Positions 10,158 through 19,300 of a DNA stretch of 64,000 nucleotides are shown one piece after another. The DNA comes from Candidatus Aenigmatarchaeota archaeon. GTDB lineage: Archaea > Aenigmatarchaeota > Aenigmatarchaeia > CG10238-14 > SpSt-28. Under the pieces are notes generated by a model. That model did not search any database and was not told where the DNA came from. It was given only the letters and a program-made list of their open reading frames with translations. Both the position numbers and the translations under genes were made by a program. Positions within the stretch are counted from its first letter, which is position 1. Every line of letters begins with the position of its first letter. Where the stretch lies: positions 19 through 64,018 of the forward strand of contig JAVYKI010000004.1 of NCBI GenBank assembly GCA_038742305.1, read 5' to 3'.

Positions 10158-10478
10158 ATGATAACTTTTGAAGAGTTTAAGAAAATAGAAATGAAAGTAG
10201 GTAAAATAGTAGATGTGCAAGAAATAAAGGGCTCAGATAAGCTTTATAAACTAATTGTTGATTTTGGAAACGAAAAAAGGCAAGCAATTTCAGGAATAAA
10301 GCAGTATTATAAAAAAGAAGAACTTTTAAATAAAAAATTTGTTTTTGTAACTAATTTAGAAAGGAAAAAGTTTTTTGGAGAAGAGAGTCAATGCATGATT
10401 TTAGCAGCAGAAGATAATGGAAAAATTGCACTAATAGTGCCAGATAAAGATGTTAAAGAAGGTAGTATAATAAGATAA
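10158..10478 (+). CDS. tRNA-binding domain protein (Trbp111/CsaA/EMAP-like OB fold)
   Basis: 106 aa; FEEFKKIEMKVGKIVDV…DKLYKL.VDFG motif characteristic of the MetRS C-terminal-like tRNA-binding domain. Confidence 0.8.
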   Translation: MITFEEFKKIEMKVGKIVDVQEIKGSDKLYKLIVDFGNEKRQAISGIKQYYKKEELLNKKFVFVTNLERKKFFGEESQCMILAAEDNGKIALIVPDKDVKEGSIIR

Positions 10479-10495
10479 TAGCTAAATATTAATTA

Positions 10496-10615
10496 GGGTG
10501 GCGGCCAAAGCGGCCGGGAACCACCCGTACCCGTTCCGAACACGGAAGTGAAACCGGCCAGCGTACTCCCGAGTACTGCTGCGCATGCAGCGGGAAAGGG
10601 AGTGCGCCGCCACCC
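10496..10615 (+). rRNA. rrf: 5S ribosomal RNA
   Basis: A GC-rich island of about 120 nt in AT-rich DNA. Termini pair (GGGTGGCGGCC… …GGCGCCGCCACCC) and conserved internal blocks (CCGAACACGGAAGT, AGTACTG) are present. Confidence 0.9.
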
Positions 10616-10650
10616 AATTACTTTTAATTAAGTTTTTTATATTATGCTTT

Positions 10651-10723
10651 GCCCCGGTCGTCTAGTGGTCTAGGATGCGGGCCTGTCACGCCCGAGACCC
10701 GGGTTCGAATCCCGGCCGGGGCG
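10651..10723 (+). tRNA. tRNA-Asp (anticodon GUC)
   Basis: Cloverleaf read by eye: acceptor GCCCCGG/CCGGGGC, anticodon stem CGGGC/GCCCG with loop CUGUCAC, T-arm CCGGG-UUCGAAU-CCCGG. It lies 35 nt after the 5S gene with an A/T-rich TATA-like tract (cttttaattaa) about 25 nt upstream. Confidence 0.9.
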
Positions 10724-10755
10724 AAGAAAAAATAAATAAAACTATTTTAAAAATT

Positions 10756-10884
10756 ATGGAAGTTGTAATTATATTGGCAATAGTTTTAATTTTGCTTTTT
10801 TTAGTATCAATTTTATATTTTTCTAGAAAAAAGGTAAAAAAGAAAATAGAAAAAATAATAGATAAACTTTCTTGTTGTGGATAA
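10756..10884 (+). CDS. possible small single-TM protein
   Basis: In-frame Met (MEVVIILAIVLILLF…) downstream of tRNA-Asp. The longer tracked ORF (10675..) begins inside the tRNA and is rejected. Confidence 0.25.
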   Translation: MEVVIILAIVLILLFLVSILYFSRKKVKKKIEKIIDKLSCCG

Positions 10885-11368
10885 AAAATTTGAAAAAGAA
10901 TGGAAAAAGAGCGATAAAAAGTTTTTGGATTATAATAAAAGAAATATTTTAATTAATTTGCTTCAAGCCGAAGAGCATGCAAAAGCTATGCAAACAATTA
11001 GTTTTATTAAAGGAGAAGGTTCTTGTTATCTGAAGCATTTGCTTTTTGTTTTGGGAGAAGTTAAAGAAGCAATTAACCATTCAGCTAATGTAGAGCCAAA
11101 AAATACTAAAATTTTTGAAAAGCTTATGAAAGAAATGGAAGAATTTTTTGATAAAGTTGAAAATAATAAGGCAAATTTTACAAAAAAAGATTTAATAAAT
11201 TTAACTAGAAAATGGAGAAAAACTGTTGAACAAACAATGCCAATATATAAAACTTTTACTTGCAAATGTCTACATGCAATTCCTTATATAAAAATTTTGC
11301 TAATATTTCTTTTCGGAATATTGTTTGGATTTATACTTTACAAAATATTTATATTTTTGGGAATTTAA
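10877..11368 (+). CDS. hypothetical protein with C-terminal TM anchor
   Basis: 163-aa ORF with a hydrophobic tail (ILLIFLFGILFGFILYKIFIFLGI). Confidence 0.5.
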   Translation: MDKKFEKEWKKSDKKFLDYNKRNILINLLQAEEHAKAMQTISFIKGEGSCYLKHLLFVLGEVKEAINHSANVEPKNTKIFEKLMKEMEEFFDKVENNKANFTKKDLINLTRKWRKTVEQTMPIYKTFTCKCLHAIPYIKILLIFLFGILFGFILYKIFIFLGI

Positions 11369-11371
11369 TTA

Positions 11372-12085
11372 ATGAAGAAAATATTAATTGTATTGACAGC
11401 ATCTTTATTTCTTTCTTTAGCTTTTTCTCAACCTTGTGTAATTTACATTAATGGAATAGGCTGTCCTTATTGTGCAAAAGTTGACCCAATTTTATTGGAT
11501 TACGCATTAAAAGGAAAAGTTATTGTAATTGAATATGAAATATATAAAAAGCCTGAAAATTCTCAAATAGCTTTAAATTATTGGCAAAAGTACAATGTAC
11601 CTTCTTTTAGCTATGGAATACCTTTCGTCTTTTTTTCTTCTCAAGAATATTTAGTTGGAGATGCACCAATTCTTCAAAATTTAGAAAGTTATTTATTAAA
11701 ATATAATGAATCTATTTGCTTGCTTTTAGATGGAATTAAAAGATTTGAAGAAATAGATTTAAATAGCTTGCCAGGAAAACCTTCTGTTTGGTATAAAGAT
11801 ATGATTATTGTTAAAGGTAACACATATTTAACTAATGAAATTATTAAGAAATTTTTTGAAGATTTAGAAAGTATTAAAAATCTTTTAAGCGAAAGCTCAG
11901 AAAAATGTTTTGAATATTCTTATGGAAAAAAGTGCTTTGAAAAAGCTTATAGCTTTTATGATTGGAAAATTTATTATTTACCAATAAATGAAAGTTCAAG
12001 CAATTTTTCAAACTATTTTACAATAATTTTGCTAATTTTAATAGTTATTATAGCTTTTGTTTTTTATAAAAAATTTAAGAAATGA
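11372..12085 (+). CDS. extracytoplasmic thioredoxin/glutaredoxin-like thiol-disulfide oxidoreductase
   Basis: Signal peptide followed by an INGIGCPYCAKV (CPYC) active site; C-terminal TM anchor. Confidence 0.7.
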   Translation: MKKILIVLTASLFLSLAFSQPCVIYINGIGCPYCAKVDPILLDYALKGKVIVIEYEIYKKPENSQIALNYWQKYNVPSFSYGIPFVFFSSQEYLVGDAPILQNLESYLLKYNESICLLLDGIKRFEEIDLNSLPGKPSVWYKDMIIVKGNTYLTNEIIKKFFEDLESIKNLLSESSEKCFEYSYGKKCFEKAYSFYDWKIYYLPINESSSNFSNYFTIILLILIVIIAFVFYKKFKK

Positions 12086-12756
12086 TAGAAAAAATAATTG
12101 GGCTAGCTATTGCTGATTCAATTAATCCTTGTGAAATGGGAATTTTGCTTTTAATGCTTATAGCAGTTTCTAGAACTTATAAGAATAAAAGAGCAATTTT
12201 AGTTTTTGGATTAGCATTTATTTTAACAATGTTTCTTGGATATTTTCTAATAGGTTATTTATTAGTAGAAGTTTTTTCAAAGTTTTCTGAATTTTTTAAG
12301 TTAAAAGAAATAATTAACAAAGCTTTAGCAGTTTTTGCTATAATTTTAGGAACTATTAATATTCTTTCTTTAAAATTTGAAAAATTAGAAATTAGAATGC
12401 CAAATTCTTTTCAAAAAAATATTAAATCTTTTATTTCTTCCTTAACTTCTCCTATTGGAGCAGTTTTTCTAGCAATTTTTTCGTTAGTATTTTTAACTCC
12501 ATGCACTATAGGACCTTATTTGATTGCTACAGGATTACTTTCAAACTTTCTTATTCATGAAGTAATAGCTTTACTAATCCTTTACAATTTTATTTTTGTT
12601 TTACCTTTAATTTTAATCCTTTTAATAGTTTATTTTGGCATATCAAAAGCAGAGAAAATATTGAAAAAAAGGGAAAAATATGAAAAAATAATGCAATTAA
12701 TTACTGGAAGCTTGCTATTAATTATAGGAATATTATTGCTTTTGCAATTTACTTAA
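12082..12756 (+). CDS. ccdA: CcdA/DsbD-family transmembrane thiol-disulfide electron transporter
   Basis: Polytopic membrane protein with membrane-embedded Cys in TM1 (SINPCEMG) and a later TM (LTPCTIGPY). Translationally coupled (ATGA) to the preceding CPYC protein. Confidence 0.75.
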   Translation: MIEKIIGLAIADSINPCEMGILLLMLIAVSRTYKNKRAILVFGLAFILTMFLGYFLIGYLLVEVFSKFSEFFKLKEIINKALAVFAIILGTINILSLKFEKLEIRMPNSFQKNIKSFISSLTSPIGAVFLAIFSLVFLTPCTIGPYLIATGLLSNFLIHEVIALLILYNFIFVLPLILILLIVYFGISKAEKILKKREKYEKIMQLITGSLLLIIGILLLLQFT

Positions 12757-12759
12757 TTA

Positions 12760-13728
12760 ATGAAAATAGTTGAAGAAATAAAGAAAGCAAAAAAAGTTCA
12801 AATAATTTGCGATGAAGATTTAGATGGATTAACAGCTGCTTTTTTAATGAGCAGAATATTAAAATTTCTTAGAAAAAATTTTAAGATTACTGTTAGACAA
12901 AATAGTAAAAAGTTAAAAGAGCTTGCCGATAAAAATTTCGATACTTATATTTTGCTTGATTTACCTTTTGAAGATAAAGAGTTAATAGAATTTGCTGAAA
13001 AAAATTCTAAGAAAAAAATAATTTATATAGACCATCATAAAAGAGAAATTCCAGAAAATATTCCAAAAAATTTAATTTATCATGATATAAGAGCTTTAAA
13101 AGTAAAACCATTAACTTCAGTAAGCGGCTATGTTTATAAAATTGGAAAAAATATTTTTGGAAAAAAATTTTTAAAATATTCTATTTTTGGATTTATAGGA
13201 AGCTATGCTGATTATTTTTTTGATAAAGAAATTTTAAAGGATTTAAAAAATCAATATAAAAAACTTTTGTTAAAAGAAATTCCTAACATAGCATTTTTTA
13301 TAGTAGTTTCTCTTTTATATTTTTCTGAGCCAAGAGATTGTTTAAAATATTTAGAGCTTATAGAAAAGGATTTCTACTCTTTTCTTAAAAAAATAAAACC
13401 AAAAAGATTAAGAAAGCTTCTGAATTATTGGAAAAATTCTAGAAAAATTTTTGAAAACAACAAACTTATAGTAATAGAGAGTAAAAAGGCTAGAGAAATT
13501 GCAACCATCTTAGCATCTTTTATTAATAAAACAGTTTTAGTAATTTCTAAAAAAAGAAAAACTGCTAAAGTTTCTCTTAGGTCAGATGAAATTGATTGTG
13601 GAAAATTCTTAGCAGAATTTACTAAGAAATACGGAATAGTTGGTGGTGGTCATCCTCAAGCCGCGGGAGCAACAATAAAGAAAAAAGACATCAAAAAATT
13701 AATTAAAGAATTGAAAAATAAATTATGA
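12760..13728 (+). CDS. DHH/DHHA1 phosphoesterase (NrnA/RecJ-like)
   Basis: DxD (ICDEDLDG), DHH (YIDHHK) and DHHA1 GGGH ([11 protein letters not shown]) motifs. Confidence 0.8.
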   Translation: MKIVEEIKKAKKVQIICDEDLDGLTAAFLMSRILKFLRKNFKITVRQNSKKLKELADKNFDTYILLDLPFEDKELIEFAEKNSKKKIIYIDHHKREIPENIPKNLIYHDIRALKVKPLTSVSGYVYKIGKNIFGKKFLKYSIFGFIGSYADYFFDKEILKDLKNQYKKLLLKEIPNIAFFIVVSLLYFSEPRDCLKYLELIEKDFYSFLKKIKPKRLRKLLNYWKNSRKIFENNKLIVIESKKAREIATILASFINKTVLVISKKRKTAKVSLRSDEIDCGKFLAEFTKKYGIVGGGHPQAAGATIKKKDIKKLIKELKNKL

Positions 13729-14447
13729 AAAGAGTTAAAACTTTTATTCCTGGTTTAGATGAAATACTTAATGGAGGAATTCCAGAAAGGAATGTTGTAT
13801 TAGTTAGTGGGGGTCCTGGAACGGGTAAAACAATTTTATCTCAACAGTTTTTGTGGAACGGATTACAAAATAATGAAGCTGGGGTATATGTTGCATTAGA
13901 AGAACATCCAGCTCAAATAAGACAAAACATGCTTCAATTTGGTTGGAATGTTAGGCCTTATGAAGAAAGAAACATGTTTGCTTTAATAGATGCTTTTACA
14001 GCTGGAATTGGAAAATCTAGGGAATATGAAAAATACATTGTAACAGATATAAGCGATGTAAGAGAGCTAATCGATGTTTTAACTCAGGCTGTAAAAGATA
14101 TAAATGCAAAAAGAGTTGTAATAGATTCTGTAACTACTTTGTATATTAACAAACCAAGCATAGCAAGAGGAATAATTTTACAGTTAAAAAGAGCAATAGC
14201 AGGTTTAGGATGTACAGCGCTTTTTGTAAGTCAAATAAGTGTAGGAGAAAGAGGTTTTGGAGGTCCTGGAGTTGAGCATGGAGTAGATGGAATAATTAGG
14301 TTAGATTTAGATGAAATAGATGGGGAGCTAAAAAGAAGTTTAATAGTTTGGAAAATGAGAGGAACTAGTCATAGCATGAAAAGACATCCTTTTGAAATTA
14401 CTGATAAAGGGATAATTGTTTATTCAGATAAAGTATTAAAATTGTAA
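13725..14447 (+). CDS. KaiC-like/RadA-paralog RecA-superfamily ATPase (single domain)
   Basis: [14 protein letters not shown]…[12 protein letters not shown] Walker A in a KaiC-type fold. Start overlaps the DHH gene stop (ATGA). Visibly higher GC than its neighbours. Confidence 0.85.
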   Translation: MKRVKTFIPGLDEILNGGIPERNVVLVSGGPGTGKTILSQQFLWNGLQNNEAGVYVALEEHPAQIRQNMLQFGWNVRPYEERNMFALIDAFTAGIGKSREYEKYIVTDISDVRELIDVLTQAVKDINAKRVVIDSVTTLYINKPSIARGIILQLKRAIAGLGCTALFVSQISVGERGFGGPGVEHGVDGIIRLDLDEIDGELKRSLIVWKMRGTSHSMKRHPFEITDKGIIVYSDKVLKL

Positions 14448-15410
14448 GCTTTTTAATTCTTCAATAATTTTTTCATCTACAGGAGTATTTGTAGTTTCTG
14501 AAATTTTCTTTACTCTTTGCCAAACAGGAGGATGAGTTTCTATATCTTCATAATCAAAAAAGAAAAGTGCAAAAGATTTTGGAACTTCATGTTTTTCCGC
14601 ATATTCTTTTGTATTTTCTTTTGCAACTTTTATTAAAGCACTAATTAAAGCAGGAGGATATTTAGTAACTTTTACTGCATTGGCATCTGCTAAAAATTCT
14701 CTGTTTTTAGAAAACTTTGATAAAAGTCTTTTCTGAATTATTGGGGAAAGAATTGCTAATATGTAACCAAATATTATTAAAATTAGAGCTATTAATCCTA
14801 AAAATCCTAAGTTTCTTTTGTTGTCTTTTCCAGAGAAAAGAATGTGAGGTAGAACTCTTATTAGAAAATAAGAAATTATAACAGTTACAGCTCCAACAAT
14901 TATTCCTAGAGTCATGTAGTAAGAATCTTTGTTTACTATATGAGAAAATTCATGTGCCAATACGGCTTCTAATTCATAATCATCCAATTTTTCTATTGCA
15001 CCTTTTGTTATGAATAAAAAAGACTTATCTTTTTTAGAAATTACCATTGCATTAATTATTGGCCAATCAATTACTCTAACTTCTACATTTTTAACTCCAA
15101 AAGCAATTTTCATTTTATCAACAATATCTAAAACTCTTTTATCTATAGGCTCTTTTGTAGTTTTTAAAAGCAAGCTTGCAATACTTTCTGGCTTATAATA
15201 AGAATAAAGAAAAATTGGTAAAGTAACTAATAAAGAAAAAATTATTGATAAAAAACTTATAATCAAAAAATCTAAAGCCCCAAAAATAAAAAAATCTATT
15301 GTTAAGAATAGAACAAAACAAAGAAAAAACAATAAAAGAAAGGAAAGCAATATTGCACCTTTTGAAGCACTTTCTAAATTTTCCTGCCATTGATATAGGC
15401 TTTCTTTCAT
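14436..15410 (-). CDS. htpX: M48-family zinc metalloprotease (HtpX-like)
   Basis: Membrane protein with HEXXH (AHEFSHI). Confidence 0.85.
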   Translation of the reverse strand: MKESLYQWQENLESASKGAILLSFLLLFFLCFVLFLTIDFFIFGALDFLIISFLSIIFSLLVTLPIFLYSYYKPESIASLLLKTTKEPIDKRVLDIVDKMKIAFGVKNVEVRVIDWPIINAMVISKKDKSFLFITKGAIEKLDDYELEAVLAHEFSHIVNKDSYYMTLGIIVGAVTVIISYFLIRVLPHILFSGKDNKRNLGFLGLIALILIIFGYILAILSPIIQKRLLSKFSKNREFLADANAVKVTKYPPALISALIKVAKENTKEYAEKHEVPKSFALFFFDYEDIETHPPVWQRVKKISETTNTPVDEKIIEELKSLQF

Positions 15411-16072
15411 ATTTCGAACTTTGTTAATTCTCCACTCTTCAATTTGCTTTCTGCTTCTTTTCTTTCAGTTTCTGGCAAGTTAAAAAATTCTCTAGGCTTT
15501 TTTCTCAATATAGCAGCTACTATAATTCCTGGAAAACTTTCTATGAAAACATTATAATCATTTACTGCTTGATTATAGAACTGTCTCGCATAAGCTAATT
15601 TATCTATGGATACTGTTATTTCTTTCATTACATCTTGAAAACCTTTTATGCTTTGTAATTGAGGATATTGAGGAATTTGATAAACTATTGGATAAAACAC
15701 TCCAAAAAACTTGCTTGCAGCCCTTACTTTAGTATCTGTATCGCTTTTCATAGCACTTACTAATTCTTTATGAGCTTCTGCAATACTTTCTAAAACTTTC
15801 TTTTCAAATACTGCTGATTGTTTCAAAACGTTTATTAAGTTTGGCAAAAGTTCGTTTATTCTATTTAGTTGTACATCTATATCTGCAAAAGCTTGGTCTA
15901 CTCTTCTGTTTAAAGCTACTATTCTGTTATAGATAAGGACAAAAGCTATTACTATTACTGCTATTATTCCTAGTATTATCCAAAGCAGCATTAAATTATT
16001 TACTTTTGTAAAGTAATTTATAGGAATTATAAAAGAAAGAAATAAAAATATATTGGTTAACAATAGAAACAA
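15407..16072 (-). CDS. lemA: LemA-family protein
   Basis: N-terminal TM then the conserved LemA block (YNRIVALNRRVDQAFADIDVQLNRINELLPNL). The likely true start is the internal Met near 15985. Coupled to htpX. Confidence 0.8.
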   Translation of the reverse strand: MFLLLTNIFLFLSFIIPINYFTKVNNLMLLWIILGIIAVIVIAFVLIYNRIVALNRRVDQAFADIDVQLNRINELLPNLINVLKQSAVFEKKVLESIAEAHKELVSAMKSDTDTKVRAASKFFGVFYPIVYQIPQYPQLQSIKGFQDVMKEITVSIDKLAYARQFYNQAVNDYNVFIESFPGIIVAAILRKKPREFFNLPETERKEAESKLKSGELTKFEI

Positions 16073-16730
16073 GAAATATTAAAACTTCGAAAACGTTTGA
16101 AATAAATGTTAGTAAGTAAATTGGAAAAAGAAGAAAAAGGAAAACCAAAGTTATCAAAAGATTTCCTACAAAAACTTTTAATATATTTATTCCCCTAATG
16201 CTTTTCATAGATAAAGATATAGAACTTGCAATGTCTTTTTTATTTATAACATAAATATAAGGAGAAATAGAAAGCTTTATACTAATTACTAAACTAACTA
16301 TGAGTGAAAAGATAAGTAAGAAGGTTATAATTATTAAATTTTGAGTCAAAAGAGAAAATAAAAATAAAATCAGGAAAGGAGAAACTATAATTAAAAAGTT
16401 AATAAAAGAAATTAGTAAAAATTTTGGAAGAATTAGAAACCCGCTCTTTAAGATTTTTACTAAATCTTGTTTTGGTTTGTATAAAAAAGATATAAAACAA
16501 CTTCCATAGTAAAAGTAGAGAAAAAGAGAAAGTAGCAAAGAAATTATAGCTATAATTTGAAGTTCAAAAGTAGTTATTAGCTTGTTAGTTAAATAAATTG
16601 AAAGTGAAAAATTAAGTAAAGAAGAAAAGACAGTAAAGATTAAAATCAATCCTATTAACTCTTTTTTAGGTTCTAATAAAGAATTAAATGCTTGACCTAA
16701 AGCTTTAGTTAATTCATACTTTTTATTCAT
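15996..16730 (-). CDS. polytopic membrane protein, unknown function
   Basis: Hydrophobic throughout. Its 3' end overlaps the over-extended lemA ORF. Confidence 0.5.
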   Translation of the reverse strand: MNKKYELTKALGQAFNSLLEPKKELIGLILIFTVFSSLLNFSLSIYLTNKLITTFELQIIAIISLLLSLFLYFYYGSCFISFLYKPKQDLVKILKSGFLILPKFLLISFINFLIIVSPFLILFLFSLLTQNLIIITFLLIFSLIVSLVISIKLSISPYIYVINKKDIASSISLSMKSIRGINILKVFVGNLLITLVFLFLLFPIYLLTFISNVFEVLIFLVSIVNQYIFISFFYNSYKLLYKSK

Positions 16731-16741
16731 AAATTATTACT

Positions 16742-17221
16742 TTAAATAGTTAAAGATTCAAGTTCTTTCTTTATCTTCTCAATAACTCTTTTTAGCTCAG
16801 CATTTTCTTTTTCTAATTTTTCTACTTTTAATTTGTATTCTTCTAATTCTTTAGTTTCTGTTTGAATACCTTCTTTAGAATATAACTTTTCTATATAGCT
16901 TAATATCTCATTTAATTTCCCTTGCTTTATTAATTCGTAAGTTTCTCTTACTAATTGTCCTGCTTTACTTTCTCCCTTTAAATGCTTTCTTATAGTTTGT
17001 TCAGTTCTCCCCAATTCTTCTACTATTTGGCTTACTGTCATTCCTGCTTTTTCTCTTGCAACTGCAGCTGCAGCAACCGCCAAGCTATCTACCCAGGTTA
17101 ATCTTTCTTCCGGATTTTTTATTAATTCTATTACTTCAGGTCTAAAAATAGTTGCAATAAGAAGTATGCTTTCCAATTGATGAACATCTTTCTTTCCTAA
17201 AGGTCTTAGCGGTATTTCCAT
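16742..17221 (-). CDS. HTH-containing protein with C-terminal coiled coil (putative regulator)
   Basis: MTVSQIVEELGRTEQTIRKHL helix-turn-helix-like segment, then a heptad-rich tail. Higher GC than surroundings. Confidence 0.5.
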   Translation of the reverse strand: MEIPLRPLGKKDVHQLESILLIATIFRPEVIELIKNPEERLTWVDSLAVAAAAVAREKAGMTVSQIVEELGRTEQTIRKHLKGESKAGQLVRETYELIKQGKLNEILSYIEKLYSKEGIQTETKELEEYKLKVEKLEKENAELKRVIEKIKKELESLTI

Positions 17222-17233
17222 AATATAAATATA

Positions 17234-17908
17234 TTATAGTTCAAATTCTTCTCCTGGAGATAAAATAATTGTTTTAGCTTCTTTTACTTTTTCCAATTCT
17301 TTTTTATCAATTTTTATTAAATCAAAAGTGTTATAATGCATTGGAATAAATATTTTCGGCTTTAACATTTCTAAAGCAATTCTTGCTTGATTAATATCCA
17401 TAGTAAAAATTCCACCTATTGGTAAAATTGCAACATCAATATTTCCAACAATTTTTGGTATTAATTCCATATCTTTAAACAATCCAGTATCTCCAGCATG
17501 AAAAACTTTTTTGTTTTCTATTTCTAAAACATAACTTACTGGATTTCCAGCATATATTATTTCTTCCTTTTCTATTATAGAAGAGGAATGTATTGCATTT
17601 AACATCCAAACTTTTACATCATTAAAATTATAGTAACCACCAATATTCATTCCAAAAGTTTTTACTCCATAAGTTCTATTTAAATAAGTTGCAAGCTCAT
17701 AAATTGCAACTATAGTTGCATTATTCCTTTTCGCAATTTCTACAGCATCTCCTAAATGATCAGAATGAGCATGAGTTATTAAAATTAATTCAATATTTTT
17801 TAAATCTTTAGATTTTATAGGAGCTAAGGGATTTTTATCTAGAAAGGGGTCTATCAATATTTTTTCATTTATTAGAAACGCCGAATGACCCAAATACTTT
17901 ATTTTCAT
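17234..17908 (-). CDS. metallo-beta-lactamase-fold hydrolase (UPF0173-like)
   Basis: HxHxDH motif (THAHSDHLGD) and later His/Asp ligands. Confidence 0.8.
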   Translation of the reverse strand: MKIKYLGHSAFLINEKILIDPFLDKNPLAPIKSKDLKNIELILITHAHSDHLGDAVEIAKRNNATIVAIYELATYLNRTYGVKTFGMNIGGYYNFNDVKVWMLNAIHSSSIIEKEEIIYAGNPVSYVLEIENKKVFHAGDTGLFKDMELIPKIVGNIDVAILPIGGIFTMDINQARIALEMLKPKIFIPMHYNTFDLIKIDKKELEKVKEAKTIILSPGEEFEL

Positions 17909-18195
17909 AAATTTAAAGTTTCTTCAAACTTTTTCTTAATGCTTTTTGAAGTTTCTTTTATTAAATCATTTAATGCTACCCCGAAACCAACTAAAAATAA
18001 ATATATTTGATTAAAAAACGCTGCAAAAGTTGCTAATGTTGCTCCAACATATAAATGATGAATTCTAATTTTTCTTTGTTTATTTTTGATCTTAATAACC
18101 AAATAAGCCTCTTTAATTAAATATTTTGATATTATTTCAGAAAGTATGAATGAAGTAAGTATTAAACCTATTGATAAGGTATTAAGTTCTATCAT
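17905..18195 (-). CDS. small 3-TM membrane protein
   Basis: 96-aa hydrophobic ORF coupled to flanking genes by 4-nt overlaps on both sides. Confidence 0.4.
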   Translation of the reverse strand: MIELNTLSIGLILTSFILSEIISKYLIKEAYLVIKIKNKQRKIRIHHLYVGATLATFAAFFNQIYLFLVGFGVALNDLIKETSKSIKKKFEETLNL

Positions 18196-19007
18196 AACTT
18201 AAAATTCTTCTTTAATTTAACTATATTGTTTCTCCCTCTTTTTTCTATTTCTACTATTCCTCTGTTTTTAAAAGAGCTAAGTATTTTGCTAACCTCAGCT
18301 TTAGATAAACCGCTTAATTCTACTATTTTCTTTTGGTTTGTATTAGGATTTTTAATTAATATATTTAATATTTTTCTTTCGTTTTCGTTTAATAAAAGTA
18401 TTAGTTCTTCAAACTTTCTTTTAGAAAAAATTTTAAAATAAGCAAAAATTCCTGAAATAATTGCTACTGCTATTATTATAACAACTATTATTATAGAAAT
18501 GTTTTGAGGAATTATTTTTTGAGCTTGCTTTATGTTAAAACTAATAGCTGCAGATTGAAAGTTTTGAAATTCATATATTAAGTATATTCTTTTTCCATCT
18601 GTTGCTGTTTTTGGTTTTGGTACTAATTCTTCTAAAGATTGGTTTAATATAAAACCTTCTGGTAAAATTATAGTTAAAAGAAGCTTTTTAATGTTTTGAT
18701 CAGAAGAAAAAGAGAAGTAAAAAAGATTTTCTTGTATTAATTTGTCTGTTGTTATATTTAAGTAGTAACTTTTCCTTTCTAAAGTTGGGAAAATGCATTT
18801 TATAATTGAATTTTCCAATTTACAAACATCAGATTCTACTTTTAAAGCTTTATCTAGTTTAATTACTAAAGAAGAAACATTTTCTGAAGTTAAAAGTAAT
18901 GAAACTTTTGAAGTAAAGTCTTCATTTATTTCTAATTCAAGAGAAATAACAAATATTTCAGCTTTTGCTATTGTTATTAGGAGCAATATTGCAATCAATT
19001 TTTTCAT
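18192..19007 (-). CDS. membrane-anchored winged-helix (MarR/ArsR-like) protein with extracytoplasmic N-domain
   Basis: Signal peptide, roughly 150-aa external domain, one TM (IIIVVIIIAVAIISGIFAYF), then a cytoplasmic wHTH (ILNILIKNPNTNQKKIVELSGLSKAEVSKILSSFKNRGIVE). Confidence 0.6.
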   Translation of the reverse strand: MKKLIAILLLITIAKAEIFVISLELEINEDFTSKVSLLLTSENVSSLVIKLDKALKVESDVCKLENSIIKCIFPTLERKSYYLNITTDKLIQENLFYFSFSSDQNIKKLLLTIILPEGFILNQSLEELVPKPKTATDGKRIYLIYEFQNFQSAAISFNIKQAQKIIPQNISIIIVVIIIAVAIISGIFAYFKIFSKRKFEELILLLNENERKILNILIKNPNTNQKKIVELSGLSKAEVSKILSSFKNRGIVEIEKRGRNNIVKLKKNFKL

Positions 19008-19057
19008 ATTTTTTAAATGTCTTTTAAGTATTTAAGCAGAAAGGTTAAGTACTTTAT

Positions 19058-19106
19058 AAAAAAGAACAAAATTTAAAAATTAAATCTTAAAAAGAACAAA
19101 AATTAA
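19058..19106. repeat. tandem direct repeat AAAAAGAACAAAA(T)TTAAA, two copies 30 bp apart
   Basis: Read directly from the intergenic region between the wHTH gene and the S-layer-like gene. Confidence 0.6.
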
Positions 19107-19180
19107 ATTATAAACTTTTAAAAGCACAATTTTTTATTTATGAACTATTTAAAAATATAATTTTTTTCTTGGTTTTATAG

Positions 19181-19195
19181 TGGAAACTGTTTCCA
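19181..19195. promoter_or_regulatory. perfect 15-bp palindrome TGGAAACTGTTTCCA just upstream of a TTTAAATA TATA-like box (19202-19209)
   Basis: Seen in sequence. Position is about -45 relative to the inferred TSS of the S-layer-like gene. Confidence 0.5.
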
Positions 19196-19232
19196 TTAAC
19201 ATTTAAATACCTTATTTTCTAATTTTAATTAG

Positions 19233-19284
19233 GTAGGAATATCCTATCCAGAGCTTAAGCAATGAAGGATAGGATATTCCTATC
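19233..19284 (+). promoter_or_regulatory. 16-bp perfect inverted repeat (TAGGAATATCCTATCC…GGATAGGATATTCCTA, 17-nt spacer) in the inferred 5' leader of the S-layer-like gene
   Basis: Seen in sequence. Each arm also contains the internal palindrome AGGAATATCCT. It ends 17 nt before the ATG at 19301. Confidence 0.55.
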
Positions 19285-19300
19285 AACTGTATAATAAGAG

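Noticed and set aside
10675-10755. 5' part of the tracked ORF 10675..10884
   Set aside because: It starts inside tRNA-Asp (MRACHARDPGSNPG is a translation of the tRNA). Only the downstream Met at about 10756 could be real, and that only weakly.
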